Of a stretch of 64,000 nucleotides of DNA, positions 25,571-35,979 are shown piece after piece. Both the position numbers and the translations under genes were made by a program. The stretch covers positions 7,605-71,604 of the IMG/VR virus record IMGVR_UViG_3300033066_002088; one strand, given 5' to 3'. Each line of letters opens with the position of its first letter. Position 1 is the stretch's first letter. Source of the stretch: a virus. Its lineage: Duplodnaviria; Caudoviricetes. The notes beneath the pieces were generated by a model. It was not told the DNA's origin and did no database searches. It was given only the letters and a program-made list of their open reading frames with translations.

Positions 25571-28042
25571 CTAGCTTACCTTGATGGTCAAGGAACGCTC
25601 AACGCCGGAAAGATCGTCCGCAGCCTCAGGTCCCGGGCCGCCGTAATCAGCTCGAACCAAGGCAGCGTCAATTTCGCCAGCTTGTGCCGGACGATCTCCG
25701 TCGGCGGCGGATAGGGCGGCAAAAGAAAAATTACGGATGCTGACCAAAACAGCGGTGATTGTAACAGTATTTGAGTCCCATGCCGTCAACCGAGTAACAG
25801 TATTTGCGGCGTAATCCACGGAATAGTCTGCGCCTTCGACGAGAGCATTGCCGCCCACACTACCGTCTAGATACGCTCGAACGATCCGGCGACGTTCAGG
25901 GGCTACTACGGCAGTGATGGTGAATGGTAGTCCAATGGCCGTGAAATTGACGACGGTACCTGTTTCGACTACGTAACGAGAGAAATCACCTGCCAACCAG
26001 CCGTTCACACCAGCAACATAATATGAATCCTGCCACAGAACATCGTTCTCCTGGATCGTCAGGGCAGGGGAAAGAAACAACCCCAGCTGGCTGGGAGTTG
26101 GGGTCGCGAGCGGCGCGTCTACCGGATCGGTATAGATTTCCGGCAGTGACGGGTCGACACCGGCGGCCTGGGACTGAAACCATTCGTCGCTACCATCGTG
26201 AAAAGTACCTTGGTCGTCAAAGGCTGTTGCGGGTTGAACATACGCATACGTATGAGCGGGCCGTGCATCGATAATCAAACGCCTCAACTCGTCGGCGTCT
26301 TTCACGAACGCGCCGGGAAGCGAGAAGACAGCGGTGTCAAATTTCACATAGAAGATGTGTCGCTTAAGAAAGCGGTCCATGATCGTGAAACCAACCCTGT
26401 GGCGGTATACCGTATGCCCCGGGGGCGGTTGAAACCCTTCATCGTCGGCTCCTGCGTACAAGCCGGGGTCTCCCGCTTTGGGGTCATCTTCCGCGCCGGC
26501 AACATTCGCAACCATCGCGCTAGCAGCAATGCGTCGGCTAGGCTCTGGGATGGGCGACCCATTCAAACCGGGTGAAAACAATTCTGGCGGGAGAAGAATG
26601 TTGTGCCACCAATTCGGATCTTGGATGTAATCCGTGACTGTCACGGCGGTGGTTAGGGTATCAAAGGCACCTAACACCATTACTCCAAAGTTAGCTGGGT
26701 TTTGTACATCACTGCGCAGCGGCACTGTTGTTGGATAATCGTACGTCGCAGCGCGCCCGGCGCGCGACGTAATAACACGGTTAGTTGTTGGATGATCCGC
26801 GGTAGGGGCTTCGAATCCCTTAAGAATTTCGCCGTCATCCCGCACTACGGGGAGGCCAAGCACCACGTTCATGGCGCTCTCGATGCGCTCTAGAACCGGG
26901 CCTAGGATGTACAGCTGGAAAATTCCACGCAAGAACGCGCGATACCCCTCACTGGAGGGAGAAGACGATCCAATCATCGCCCCAAAATTATTTGAAAGAA
27001 GGAGCTTATCTACCAGCACGTCGGGTGCCCACATAGTCATTTCTGCCGCTAGGGCAGCCACGTCAGGGCGAATAACGCCGTTATTAGATTTACGTGGGTC
27101 TGGCCCAATCAGGGGCCATACAGGCTGGAGCCACTGGTAGTCGATTTTGTTGATCGACGTGACGGTCCACGCCGTCAACTTCATTAGAGTACCTGCTTCA
27201 TAATCAATCGTATAGTCGGTACCTTCAACGACGTCCGCCCCGTCAGATTGGCGCTTAGCGTAAACCAGGACACTTCCATTTACTACGCGTCCGTGCACAA
27301 GGGTCGCTGTCGACCCTACGAAAACCATTTGCTCGAGCGTGATCTGGTAACTTGCGGGCCGCCGTAGAATTACGTACTTAACTCCGGTGGCAGGCGGCGG
27401 AAGTGGTGTATCTGCCGAGACATAAAGCCCTTCTTTGCGAACCAATACAATTACGTGATCGCTGATTTTGCTGTGTTGTCCCGCTGTACTGACATAGACA
27501 AGACGAATGACGTCGCCCTTTTTTACAGGGGTAACGCCAACCCACGTGGGTACAAGAGAGTCAGTGAAACGGCCCCCAACTGATACTTGAGCTACCCGAC
27601 GGGCATACCCATCTAGCGGGGTCCCTGTCCCATTCGGGTTTGTAGGATCTGTACGAAACGCGATGTTTCCATTGGAAACGTCAAAATCATTGCTCAATTG
27701 CAGGGAGGCGGTTGGCTCGAAAACCTTGTTGTTCAACAATGTTAGCGCCACAACGCCTTTTGGCAGCACCGCCACCCAGCGGTCATCTGCCGGAGATGCT
27801 CCTGCAACGAATTTGACCTGATCTTCCCGCAGGGGAAACAATTTCCAGTATTGTCGAATATTAACGGGACAATCAGCGAGAGACAATGACAAGACATTGG
27901 CCAACATGTCTACGTACGCTTGTCCCATGAGAAAGGCCGCACCCTGATACATGGCCGAAAGCTGGTCTGCGTCAGAGAAGAAACGCTGCCAAAAATCGGA
28001 TAGCCCGATCAGTAGATTGCTCTCGTAGCTGATGGCGCTCAT
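25571..28042 (-). CDS. Baseplate wedge protein (gp7/P2-I-like)
   Basis: Directly downstream of the baseplate-J gene; LSDFW...; LIIDARPAHTY motif. Confidence 0.65.
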   Translation of the reverse strand: MSAISYESNLLIGLSDFWQRFFSDADQLSAMYQGAAFLMGQAYVDMLANVLSLSLADCPVNIRQYWKLFPLREDQVKFVAGASPADDRWVAVLPKGVVALTLLNNKVFEPTASLQLSNDFDVSNGNIAFRTDPTNPNGTGTPLDGYARRVAQVSVGGRFTDSLVPTWVGVTPVKKGDVIRLVYVSTAGQHSKISDHVIVLVRKEGLYVSADTPLPPPATGVKYVILRRPASYQITLEQMVFVGSTATLVHGRVVNGSVLVYAKRQSDGADVVEGTDYTIDYEAGTLMKLTAWTVTSINKIDYQWLQPVWPLIGPDPRKSNNGVIRPDVAALAAEMTMWAPDVLVDKLLLSNNFGAMIGSSSPSSEGYRAFLRGIFQLYILGPVLERIESAMNVVLGLPVVRDDGEILKGFEAPTADHPTTNRVITSRAGRAATYDYPTTVPLRSDVQNPANFGVMVLGAFDTLTTAVTVTDYIQDPNWWHNILLPPELFSPGLNGSPIPEPSRRIAASAMVANVAGAEDDPKAGDPGLYAGADDEGFQPPPGHTVYRHRVGFTIMDRFLKRHIFYVKFDTAVFSLPGAFVKDADELRRLIIDARPAHTYAYVQPATAFDDQGTFHDGSDEWFQSQAAGVDPSLPEIYTDPVDAPLATPTPSQLGLFLSPALTIQENDVLWQDSYYVAGVNGWLAGDFSRYVVETGTVVNFTAIGLPFTITAVVAPERRRIVRAYLDGSVGGNALVEGADYSVDYAANTVTRLTAWDSNTVTITAVLVSIRNFSFAALSAADGDRPAQAGEIDAALVRADYGGPGPEAADDLSGVERSLTIKVS

Positions 28043-30291
28043 AGAATGGACAAATTGATGTCTTCGAGCTTAGCGACGTACCTAATGGTTCTATTGGATA
28101 CACCGAGCGCCGCCAAATTGAGCGTAGGTCCGCTGATTTGGGTCATTTGATCCGGGCTTAGAGCGTCTGAATTATTGCTGTTGTCGTAGACCAGTACGTC
28201 TCCGGTGGGCGCGGACAGCACGGTATTCACTTGCATAGTAGGGAAAACAAAACTGTCAATTTCTGGATACGAACTGCGCAAGAAAGTTAGAATCCCACTG
28301 ATAGTTGCGGGGCTGTCCACTGTATCGAAACCGTTAACGTAGTCTACAAGACTCTGCGCAATTACAACAGGGTCCGTGAATGTTGATGCGTTTCGTACGA
28401 GGCGGTAAGTGACGGAAAACCTAACCCGCATGGGGTAGTGACCTTTGACCAATTGGCTTGCCGCAACAGTGCGTTCTTTTGTATCTCTTACAAATGAGTC
28501 AATAGCTTGGAACGTGGCTAGGCCTAGATAACGCACGCGAAGAGTTCGGCCGTCCCACGCCTTGGGCTCTGTACTGTTGACCAGTACTTCTGCCCATTGC
28601 AACGCTGTCTGCGCTTGATCGGGATTATTTACAATCAACTGATATTGAAGTGGGTCCCCGACTGGTGCAGAAGGAGGTGCGTTAATGCGGTTTGGGAAAT
28701 GGACCAAACCATCCCCTGGGTCAACATACGCCGAGTCCGTGAGGGGGCTCGGGTCTGTAATGGCTACGTCAAGGATGTCCATCAGCGGCTCCCCGGGCAG
28801 GGTAGTCCGTCCTTCCCGCTGAACAGTCCTTGACGCGCGCCCCTTGATGATCGGCTGGCCGCCAGGCAGGGCTAGCACGTCGTTGAAACTCGGGCCGATC
28901 CGTCCAAGGGTCCAGGACAGGTACGTTGGAGTGGTTTCATCGGTTGCGTAGGGAAAGGGGAATCTCTCGCTTACGAACAATGAGAAACCGTCAGAAGAGA
29001 CAGACCTCACGGAGAATTCCAGGGGAATTGCCGGGAATCCCGATACAATTCTGAGAATATCACCGGGTTGAACAGTGCTCATAGAAACGCGGTTCCTGGA
29101 CAACAATGGAACGAAAGGCGTTACGGCCAGACGCGTAACAGTTGCAGTTGAATCCATGATCTTGACGGATGCGTTTGCCGTTGTTTCGAACGCACCGGGA
29201 ATTGCTTCGGCCACAAACGCTACGCCAAGAGCACCAAGGCCTGTTACAGTGTAAACGCCATTTCTAGAAGACGAGGCAGCGTCAGCGCTGATCGTGAGCA
29301 AGTCACCAGCTACCACACCAAGCGCGTTAAGATTTTGCCCTGTAAGGACAATTTGACGAGTCTCGTCGTAAAAAACACTCGAGATCCCATCAGGGCGTAA
29401 AAAAGGACCGCCGACTACACCACTAGTTGTCTTTTCTACAGTGTCTAGCAATACAAAAATATCGACGGCGCCGCCGACGTGAATCGCAAGATGACTTGCG
29501 ATGTCAATACGATCACGGACCATCTCTGGGTCACCGTATCTTATTACGAGCACCTGTTTAATCGAGTCACTGAAATTGTCACCCAATACGGCTTGAATAG
29601 ATCGGCTGTTGATTAGGTTGCGCACGGATACGGCTGTTGGCGCGCGTGCCAGAACCTGTTGTGTAGTCTCCGGCGGATTTCCCCCGCTGAACTTAGATTG
29701 AGCCTCGACTCTTGTCACGTAGGGACTAAACGGATCGAAACCGGAGAATAGCCCGGGGTCAATGTTGCCCGCGTTACCGACGGTTGTGCAGATAAGAGGG
29801 ATCCTGAAAAGCCAGTCGGTGACTAGGCCAGTCGCGTCAATGACTGGTAACAAATCTACGGCGGGGATGAAATACGTGTCAGTGGCGTCGACGTTAAAGG
29901 TTGTTCCGGTGTTATAAACGAAACGTTGTGTCGGTTGGATAAAAATATCTACTTGCTGCGATGCATGCCCAATAGCGACGCCACGTGCCTTGGTTCCACT
30001 GTTTGGTGTAATGAAAAAATTCGATAACAGAGCAGTTACGGCGTCGAGGAGGCTTGCGGGCTCTGCGTCCACGAACGTTCCTTCGATCGTGTTCAAAGAC
30101 TGCCGCGCACGGATGAGATCGTTTTCGTGCGTAAGGTATGCAAAGATGGCCGCGAGCGCGCCGATAGTTAGGTCGCGAAGCGCCGTCCCTTTGCTGAAGT
30201 CCCCAAGGGGAATCTGATCCGCTAAGAATTGTTCAAGGAACGCCGCTGCGTCCGTAGCGTCTTGCGGATTAATCTGGATAGTCGTTGCCAT
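28039..30291 (-). CDS. Baseplate J-like wedge protein (gp6-like)
   Basis: DFSKGTALRDL...; C...GNAGNI...; FSGGNPPET...RAPTAVS...; GGAVDIFV. Confidence 0.85.
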   Translation of the reverse strand: MATTIQINPQDATDAAAFLEQFLADQIPLGDFSKGTALRDLTIGALAAIFAYLTHENDLIRARQSLNTIEGTFVDAEPASLLDAVTALLSNFFITPNSGTKARGVAIGHASQQVDIFIQPTQRFVYNTGTTFNVDATDTYFIPAVDLLPVIDATGLVTDWLFRIPLICTTVGNAGNIDPGLFSGFDPFSPYVTRVEAQSKFSGGNPPETTQQVLARAPTAVSVRNLINSRSIQAVLGDNFSDSIKQVLVIRYGDPEMVRDRIDIASHLAIHVGGAVDIFVLLDTVEKTTSGVVGGPFLRPDGISSVFYDETRQIVLTGQNLNALGVVAGDLLTISADAASSSRNGVYTVTGLGALGVAFVAEAIPGAFETTANASVKIMDSTATVTRLAVTPFVPLLSRNRVSMSTVQPGDILRIVSGFPAIPLEFSVRSVSSDGFSLFVSERFPFPYATDETTPTYLSWTLGRIGPSFNDVLALPGGQPIIKGRASRTVQREGRTTLPGEPLMDILDVAITDPSPLTDSAYVDPGDGLVHFPNRINAPPSAPVGDPLQYQLIVNNPDQAQTALQWAEVLVNSTEPKAWDGRTLRVRYLGLATFQAIDSFVRDTKERTVAASQLVKGHYPMRVRFSVTYRLVRNASTFTDPVVIAQSLVDYVNGFDTVDSPATISGILTFLRSSYPEIDSFVFPTMQVNTVLSAPTGDVLVYDNSNNSDALSPDQMTQISGPTLNLAALGVSNRTIRYVAKLEDINLSIL

Positions 30292-30314
30292 GATGTATGA
30301 GAAGGATACAGGCT

Positions 30315-30584
30315 TTAGTTCGCAGTGTCCTGGAACTCTAGCAAAACCGAATCCCGCGACGGAGGTGCTTTCCGCGCCTTCTTAAATCCGTCGACAATGG
30401 TCTCCCATCCCTTCTCTGAAAGGAAATCAGAGATTTCTGTCATGTTTTTATGCTCATCGCATAGCTGCAGATCTAGCGCGGCGCTGGCGCCTTTCCACGC
30501 GTCTCCAGGCGGAACAGGGCGAAGAACGAGGATGGGGGTCCACCTACCATGTTCTGCACAACCGGTGATTACACATTGAGTCAT
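30315..30584 (-). CDS. Small Cys/His protein inside the baseplate operon
   Basis: C...C...LCDEH; ATGA coupling. Confidence 0.6.
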   Translation of the reverse strand: MTQCVITGCAEHGRWTPILVLRPVPPGDAWKGASAALDLQLCDEHKNMTEISDFLSEKGWETIVDGFKKARKAPPSRDSVLLEFQDTAN

Positions 30585-31030
30585 GTCGGCACCTTGAGGA
30601 CAGGGAGGAGAAATTTAGCGGCTTGCCCGGCTACGTTTTGGATCAAAATCTGCGCCGCGAAACCCGGGGCGCTATCGAGCGTAACATAACCTGTAATTGT
30701 CGCCGCGGAAAGCCGCTCATCGTTGGGCGTCCCGACACCCTGCTGAAACGACCGGATGTCTTTGACAGTCTTCTCCACGCACAGCGTTAAAACGTCTTGC
30801 GCGTCCACAGGTGATACATTTGACCCCAGCAAAGAGGTCAATACAGTTCCATCGTTTGGGTCGATGGGGTTAGAGCCCAGTGGCGTCAGCATGTGCTTCG
30901 TAAAAAGATTAACAAGCTTCTGTAAGCCACGAACGCCCAACGTTCTCTTCTGACCGAAGCCCATGAAACGGTTTGTACCGTCTTCCAACTCTTGCTGCGT
31001 TACGATTTGAAAATGCATATCGAATGGCAT
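30581..31030 (-). CDS. Baseplate wedge gp25-like protein
   Basis: GLQKLVNLF...TPLGSNPIDPNDGT...DERL pattern; position upstream of baseplate J. Confidence 0.75.
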   Translation of the reverse strand: MPFDMHFQIVTQQELEDGTNRFMGFGQKRTLGVRGLQKLVNLFTKHMLTPLGSNPIDPNDGTVLTSLLGSNVSPVDAQDVLTLCVEKTVKDIRSFQQGVGTPNDERLSAATITGYVTLDSAPGFAAQILIQNVAGQAAKFLLPVLKVPT

Positions 31031-31031
31031 G

Positions 31032-32135
31032 TCAAACAGCCTTCCCGTCGTTCCACAGCCCTGTAGTGAAATCGAACGTCATGGGTGATGAGATGGCCGC
31101 GGGGGCTTGTTGAAACGCAGCCACAACACGCATTAGACTTGCTGCCTTAACAGCCGCAGCACTCGCCTGCGTTTGTGAGTGGCTGCCCCATAATTGCTTA
31201 ATGTCAGACGGCTGTAAATTTTCAACGCCATGCGCCCGTGAGAACCCTTGTAAATAAGAGATACCTTGCCCCGCCGCTAACGCAACCCCAGCGGGAACCT
31301 TCGTTCCTATAGATGTAGACAATAGCGATGAGACTGGATCGACAGTGGCAGATGGGTTCTGCCTGCCGGGCACATAGAACGCGACAAACTGTTGCGGCAG
31401 TACGATCTGGCCCCCGGCTCTTACTTGAAAGTGTAGGTGCGCACCACTTGTAATGCCGGAATTACCGCCTGTGCGGCCAACGTATCCGATCAAATCACCT
31501 TCGTTAACGCGACTCCCGATTTTAAGGGAAGCGGGCACCTTCGACAGGTGCATGAATTCACTCTTGTAGCCAAAAAAATCGCCGTTATGCGTAAGCTGTA
31601 CATAAAGACCCCCGTGCCCCAGTTCCGCCAAATTTACGATGGAACCATGAGCGTCTTTTACATTACCTCCGGAATCAGCTTCTGGAGCTTCCATCGAGAT
31701 ACGGGATTTATTTCGGCGCTGGCACCCGATGAATGTAACGATTCCGTCCGCGGTTGCGAAAACGTCTTCACCGACGTCCGCCTTAAAATCCAATCCCATG
31801 TGTCTACGGTTTGAATCGACATTGTTTCCGTAGCCGACAGAACGCGCTTCCCCCGGGAGGCTCGTTACAAGTCGATTTCCCCGTCCATCTGTATAAGGCC
31901 CTGATTTCTTCAGGGGAGCCCCCATTTGACGCTTAAGAGGGGTAGGTGCTACCGGATTCGAGCGGGTACCATCACTGTTGATGGCGGCAGGATCTGCCGC
32001 GTTGACGTCCGCCAGTGCTTTGTTGTTGTAGTAGCTCCAAAGACGCGTAGCGGCTGAAGAAACCTCGGTTACAGGGTTCGCTGCAGCTGCGCCTGGAAGA
32101 GAATCAGATGATGTTTGTACAGGGTTCGTGGACAT
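31032..32135 (-). CDS. M23 family peptidase (virion-associated peptidoglycan hydrolase)
   Basis: RHMGLD (HxxxD), FMHLS, GAHLHF (HxH). Confidence 0.9.
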   Translation of the reverse strand: MSTNPVQTSSDSLPGAAAANPVTEVSSAATRLWSYYNNKALADVNAADPAAINSDGTRSNPVAPTPLKRQMGAPLKKSGPYTDGRGNRLVTSLPGEARSVGYGNNVDSNRRHMGLDFKADVGEDVFATADGIVTFIGCQRRNKSRISMEAPEADSGGNVKDAHGSIVNLAELGHGGLYVQLTHNGDFFGYKSEFMHLSKVPASLKIGSRVNEGDLIGYVGRTGGNSGITSGAHLHFQVRAGGQIVLPQQFVAFYVPGRQNPSATVDPVSSLLSTSIGTKVPAGVALAAGQGISYLQGFSRAHGVENLQPSDIKQLWGSHSQTQASAAAVKAASLMRVVAAFQQAPAAISSPMTFDFTTGLWNDGKAV

Positions 32136-32139
32136 TCAT

Positions 32140-32346
32140 TCACGACGTCTTACCGAGTTTCAAGGTAATCGTATAAGAGCCGTCCGCGCAGGAAGTTCCG
32201 TCTTCGTGCCGCTCAACGCCCTTTGATTGGGTAATGTGGATCGGCTGGTCGTTCCGGAGCGCCTCTTCAAAACGATGTACCAAACTGACCAGCATCACGC
32301 GCATCAGGTCCTTATCGTCCTCGGATAACTTTTCTCCATGAGACAT
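32140..32346 (-). CDS. Hypothetical protein (68 aa)
   Basis: TAATG coupling to the sigma-like gene. Confidence 0.6.
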   Translation of the reverse strand: MSHGEKLSEDDKDLMRVMLVSLVHRFEEALRNDQPIHITQSKGVERHEDGTSCADGSYTITLKLGKTS

Positions 32347-33299
32347 TATGAATGACCTTTCATGATGTCTTCAATTCTATTAATCAAGAGGCGCTTCTGG
32401 TAAGAATACTGCCCTTGCGTTAGGTTGAGACGCGTCATGATGTCTTGATTAGACAACTCATGCGCCCCTGCAAATCCCGTCAGATGCTCAAAGATCTGCT
32501 TCTGCACAGGAGGAAGATCGTGGTGAATAAAGTGCACCATGTTGTCTGATTCTTCGTGTTGAAATGGCAGACCAGAAACACCGCCTCCGCCACCGTCTTC
32601 ATCGCGTGCGCCGCCCGTCTCGAGGAGTTCTTGGTGTCGAATATCTTTTTGAAACTGCTCAAGGCGTTTCGTAGACCAAGCTAATTCGTCGGCCAGCTCA
32701 TCTGACGTGGGCTGACGTCCCAACGTATCTGATAAATGTGCGTTGGCGACGTTATAGGTGTGGAACTGAAGCATCTTGTTCTCAGGCAATCTAGCCAAGT
32801 TTTGATGCGCGTAAGACAAACGACTGATCTTCTTTACCCAATCTGTAACATATGACCCTAGCGCAGCCCCCGCAGTGGGGCTGTAACGTTCAAACGCGGT
32901 AAGTGCGTATTTTTTAGCCTCCGCCTCAAGAACTGGACGCGCGAGAGTCCCGGCCCATTTGTTAACCTCTTTCTGAATTACAGGGTTGAATTGCTGGTAA
33001 AGCGCACTGAGGTCTGCGTCGGAACGACTTTGTTTCCAACGTTCCCAGAGTGCAATATCCTTCTCTTTACGTGTTGGCCCAATGAAAGATGGTTGTTCAG
33101 ATAAATCCGGAATGGCGTGGGGCATTAAAGATGGCAAGGCAGCGACCTCTGGTGCTAGATCACCAAGGGGCCCCATGCTTTCCACCGGAATACTGTTTGG
33201 TGGTGAATTTTTACGACGAGAGTCAGCCGCCGACGGCAGGGATAGAGGTCTTGCCTGTGCGATCTTGCTAAGGCGGCGAAGGGCTTGCGAGAGTTCCAT
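32346..33299 (-). CDS. sigma70-family RNA polymerase sigma factor-like protein
   Basis: Region 2 (LYQQFNPVI...ALTAFERYSP...LGSYVTDWV), ARLP, region 3 (LGRQPTSDELADEL), region 4 HTH (LSNQDIMTRLNLT). Confidence 0.8.
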   Translation of the reverse strand: MELSQALRRLSKIAQARPLSLPSAADSRRKNSPPNSIPVESMGPLGDLAPEVAALPSLMPHAIPDLSEQPSFIGPTRKEKDIALWERWKQSRSDADLSALYQQFNPVIQKEVNKWAGTLARPVLEAEAKKYALTAFERYSPTAGAALGSYVTDWVKKISRLSYAHQNLARLPENKMLQFHTYNVANAHLSDTLGRQPTSDELADELAWSTKRLEQFQKDIRHQELLETGGARDEDGGGGGVSGLPFQHEESDNMVHFIHHDLPPVQKQIFEHLTGFAGAHELSNQDIMTRLNLTQGQYSYQKRLLINRIEDIMKGHS

Positions 33300-33302
33300 T
33301 TT

Positions 33303-35978
33303 TTAACCTCGTGGGACCTTCGAAATATACACGTTATTTCGATAGGCGAGCAGTGCTTCGTCCCAATTCTTCCTGGTTTGCGCAAAGCCTGCGGGTAAAC
33401 CTACCGGCGCTGCTACGCCTCCGTTACCACCCGCTTGGCTTAGAACGGGAGGCAAACCATCAACACCCGACGGTTCCTTCTCGTCAGTCAGGGGGACCAT
33501 GGTGCGGATTCGTTCGTAGTATAGCGCGCCAACGCTCTGCGTGGTCCCAAAAGCGGGGACGGCGCCTTCACCGGTTGACTGATAGAAAACAAGATAATCG
33601 TCGAGAGAGCAGATAGGGCGCCAATTGAACTTCATTGCAGCGTCATAATACGTAAACATGTCTTCAAACGCCGGAAGTGGCGCTAGTTCTCTTGCGGGAT
33701 CAATGTTGTGCACTACGGCCTTGGCCGGCACCTTTGATGCGTCTAATTGCTGTTTAAGGACTGCTTGATCGGTTTTGTAGGCCGCGAGACGAGTATTATT
33801 GGCGTCCATTTGAGCCTGTTGAAGTGCAACTTGTGCTCGTAAATCGATCAACTTAGCGTCGTCCCAGGCGGTGCGCCCTGTGGTCGGGATTGCAGCAATC
33901 TGCGTGTTTAGAGATGACACTTCAGCCATTGGCACCGTATTGGCGTCTTGCAAGGCTGCGATATCAACCGTGTACTTGTTGTACGACGCCAAGGCAGTGT
34001 TGTACGTATCGACCTGGGTATCATTGACGCCATCAACAACGATTGGCTCCACGTAGTCAGTTTTAGTCATGTACCCGACAGCAAGACGCCAGTCGAAGCC
34101 CGCCACTTTATCCGCAAGCTCTTCTGAGCGGCCGTAGAGCAAGGCCCTGTAAAAATCGTCAGCGGACTTGAAGTGTTGAATAACGTCCCTTACCGCTTTA
34201 ATCGGCTCCCGCGGAGCCGCTGCAGAGCTAAGCTGCCCTTTGTCGAAAAGCTGCGCCATGAGCGCCAACATTTCTTGCGCGGTTCGTGCGTAAGAATACG
34301 TAACGTTGGTACGAATGCCTCGGCTTGAGAGGTCATGGCGGACATTCATAACGTAACAGAACAAATCCATCCTACTGGCGCGGTTATCAAAAATAACCGC
34401 AGGGAAACCTGGGAGAATGAAGGGGTTGAATTTTAGAACAACGGCGCCAGCCCTTCGCGAGTAACGCTCCCTGTAAAACTCATATTCCGCGTATAGCTGA
34501 TATACCGACGGCGTCGGGGAGTCTACCCCCTGAAGTGGATTTGTTGAGCCGGGAGACGCGTCGGTGCCTGTGGTATCATTCGCTGCGGGCTTCCCCGATT
34601 GTTCAATTTGCTTTAAAATGAAGAACCAATTAGGCAGGGGCCGTCGGTCAAGAACAGGTCCTTTGAAAAATTCCTCAGGCCACAGTAGGAAATTCTTTCC
34701 ATTGTTCTTGGCGCCAGTGAGTCGAGCTTTGTTAAGAATGTCCGCTTCTGGCGGATAGGCGGTGGCAAGCGCATTCATTACAGCGTCCGCCAATACGCCG
34801 TTAGGCTTCAACAGCCGATTAACTACTTCGTCGTTGAAATACAGTCTCGTTGGTTGCGTTGCGTAATTCTCATCGTAATTCCACATCTCAATCTGAGATG
34901 GGAACATGACATTACATGCAGGAGCAACCCCAAACAAGAATTGAGGTTTCGCAAAGTAATTCAACAAACGATTTGGCTTGAGAGGGTCTGGGGGCGCAGC
35001 AGACGCGACAGATCCTGACAAGTCTGAATTACTTTGTCCGTCTGCGGGATTGGCACCGGGGACGACAGTTCGAGACTTAAACGATGTTGGAAGCACCGCC
35101 CCCGTTTTCAAGTCAACCGTGACTAGCGGAGCGGTGGGGATCATTGCGATCTCCATAAACATCGTTTGATAGACAAGCTGCAGCATCTCCCAGATAGAGC
35201 CCGAATTCTGGATCTGCCGAATGAGGCTTTGAGTGAGTACGTCGAGCGCGGCTGTCTGCTGCATTGCCTCTAGGGCAGGGAAGATCGTATTGGCGCCAGT
35301 GCCTTCATCGAATACTGGGGTTGCAACGAACCTGTTTACAAAATTAGTGAGCCGCGCCCATCTCGTAAAGAAATTCGCAGCCGGAACCGAACGCTGTTCG
35401 TCGGGTACGGTAGGACTCGCCCCGCACATGTTCTTGACGAGGTTAAACATGAACTCAAACGGGTGGGTGATTTGATCAGTCCCCGTGAGACCCTGCTTAA
35501 ACAACGAGAAGGGCCACACTAGTTCACTGTGAACTGGCGCAAGATCAGTGACGCCTTGCGTGATATCAACGCCGTGCGCCGCCATATCGTCCGTATTCAT
35601 GAGAAAATGAACGAACAGCTGCGTAAAGATTGCAATCTGATTAACGGCGGAAAATGTTACTGAACGGCCAGACGGCGTAACTTGATATCCCCAGCCAACG
35701 ATCTCCCCTTCAAACAAAAGGCGAAACTTTGCAACGTCTCCGGTTGATTCCCGAAGAAAATCGTCGCAAAACCACACGGAAATCTGGATTCGATCCTCGG
35801 CACCGACGCGCTGAAGTACCGGGTCTGGCGCCATTGTAATAGAGGCTTCCGGAATCTGCCAAACGCCGTAAGAGACTGATACGGCCTCTACGGGTACTTC
35901 AATGCCGTTCATGTAGACCAGGAAGTGGCCCACATGGTCGCGATTTCCAGAAGAAAAAAGTGGAGTAGATTGGGGCAT
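33303..35978 (-). CDS. Baseplate hub protein (gp27/late control D-like)
   Basis: VYMNGIEVPV..VSVSYG, LLFEGEIVG, PACNVMFP, FNPFILPGFP; start moved to ATG 35978, just after the upstream TGA. Confidence 0.75.
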   Translation of the reverse strand: MPQSTPLFSSGNRDHVGHFLVYMNGIEVPVEAVSVSYGVWQIPEASITMAPDPVLQRVGAEDRIQISVWFCDDFLRESTGDVAKFRLLFEGEIVGWGYQVTPSGRSVTFSAVNQIAIFTQLFVHFLMNTDDMAAHGVDITQGVTDLAPVHSELVWPFSLFKQGLTGTDQITHPFEFMFNLVKNMCGASPTVPDEQRSVPAANFFTRWARLTNFVNRFVATPVFDEGTGANTIFPALEAMQQTAALDVLTQSLIRQIQNSGSIWEMLQLVYQTMFMEIAMIPTAPLVTVDLKTGAVLPTSFKSRTVVPGANPADGQSNSDLSGSVASAAPPDPLKPNRLLNYFAKPQFLFGVAPACNVMFPSQIEMWNYDENYATQPTRLYFNDEVVNRLLKPNGVLADAVMNALATAYPPEADILNKARLTGAKNNGKNFLLWPEEFFKGPVLDRRPLPNWFFILKQIEQSGKPAANDTTGTDASPGSTNPLQGVDSPTPSVYQLYAEYEFYRERYSRRAGAVVLKFNPFILPGFPAVIFDNRASRMDLFCYVMNVRHDLSSRGIRTNVTYSYARTAQEMLALMAQLFDKGQLSSAAAPREPIKAVRDVIQHFKSADDFYRALLYGRSEELADKVAGFDWRLAVGYMTKTDYVEPIVVDGVNDTQVDTYNTALASYNKYTVDIAALQDANTVPMAEVSSLNTQIAAIPTTGRTAWDDAKLIDLRAQVALQQAQMDANNTRLAAYKTDQAVLKQQLDASKVPAKAVVHNIDPARELAPLPAFEDMFTYYDAAMKFNWRPICSLDDYLVFYQSTGEGAVPAFGTTQSVGALYYERIRTMVPLTDEKEPSGVDGLPPVLSQAGGNGGVAAPVGLPAGFAQTRKNWDEALLAYRNNVYISKVPRG

Positions 35979-35979
35979 T

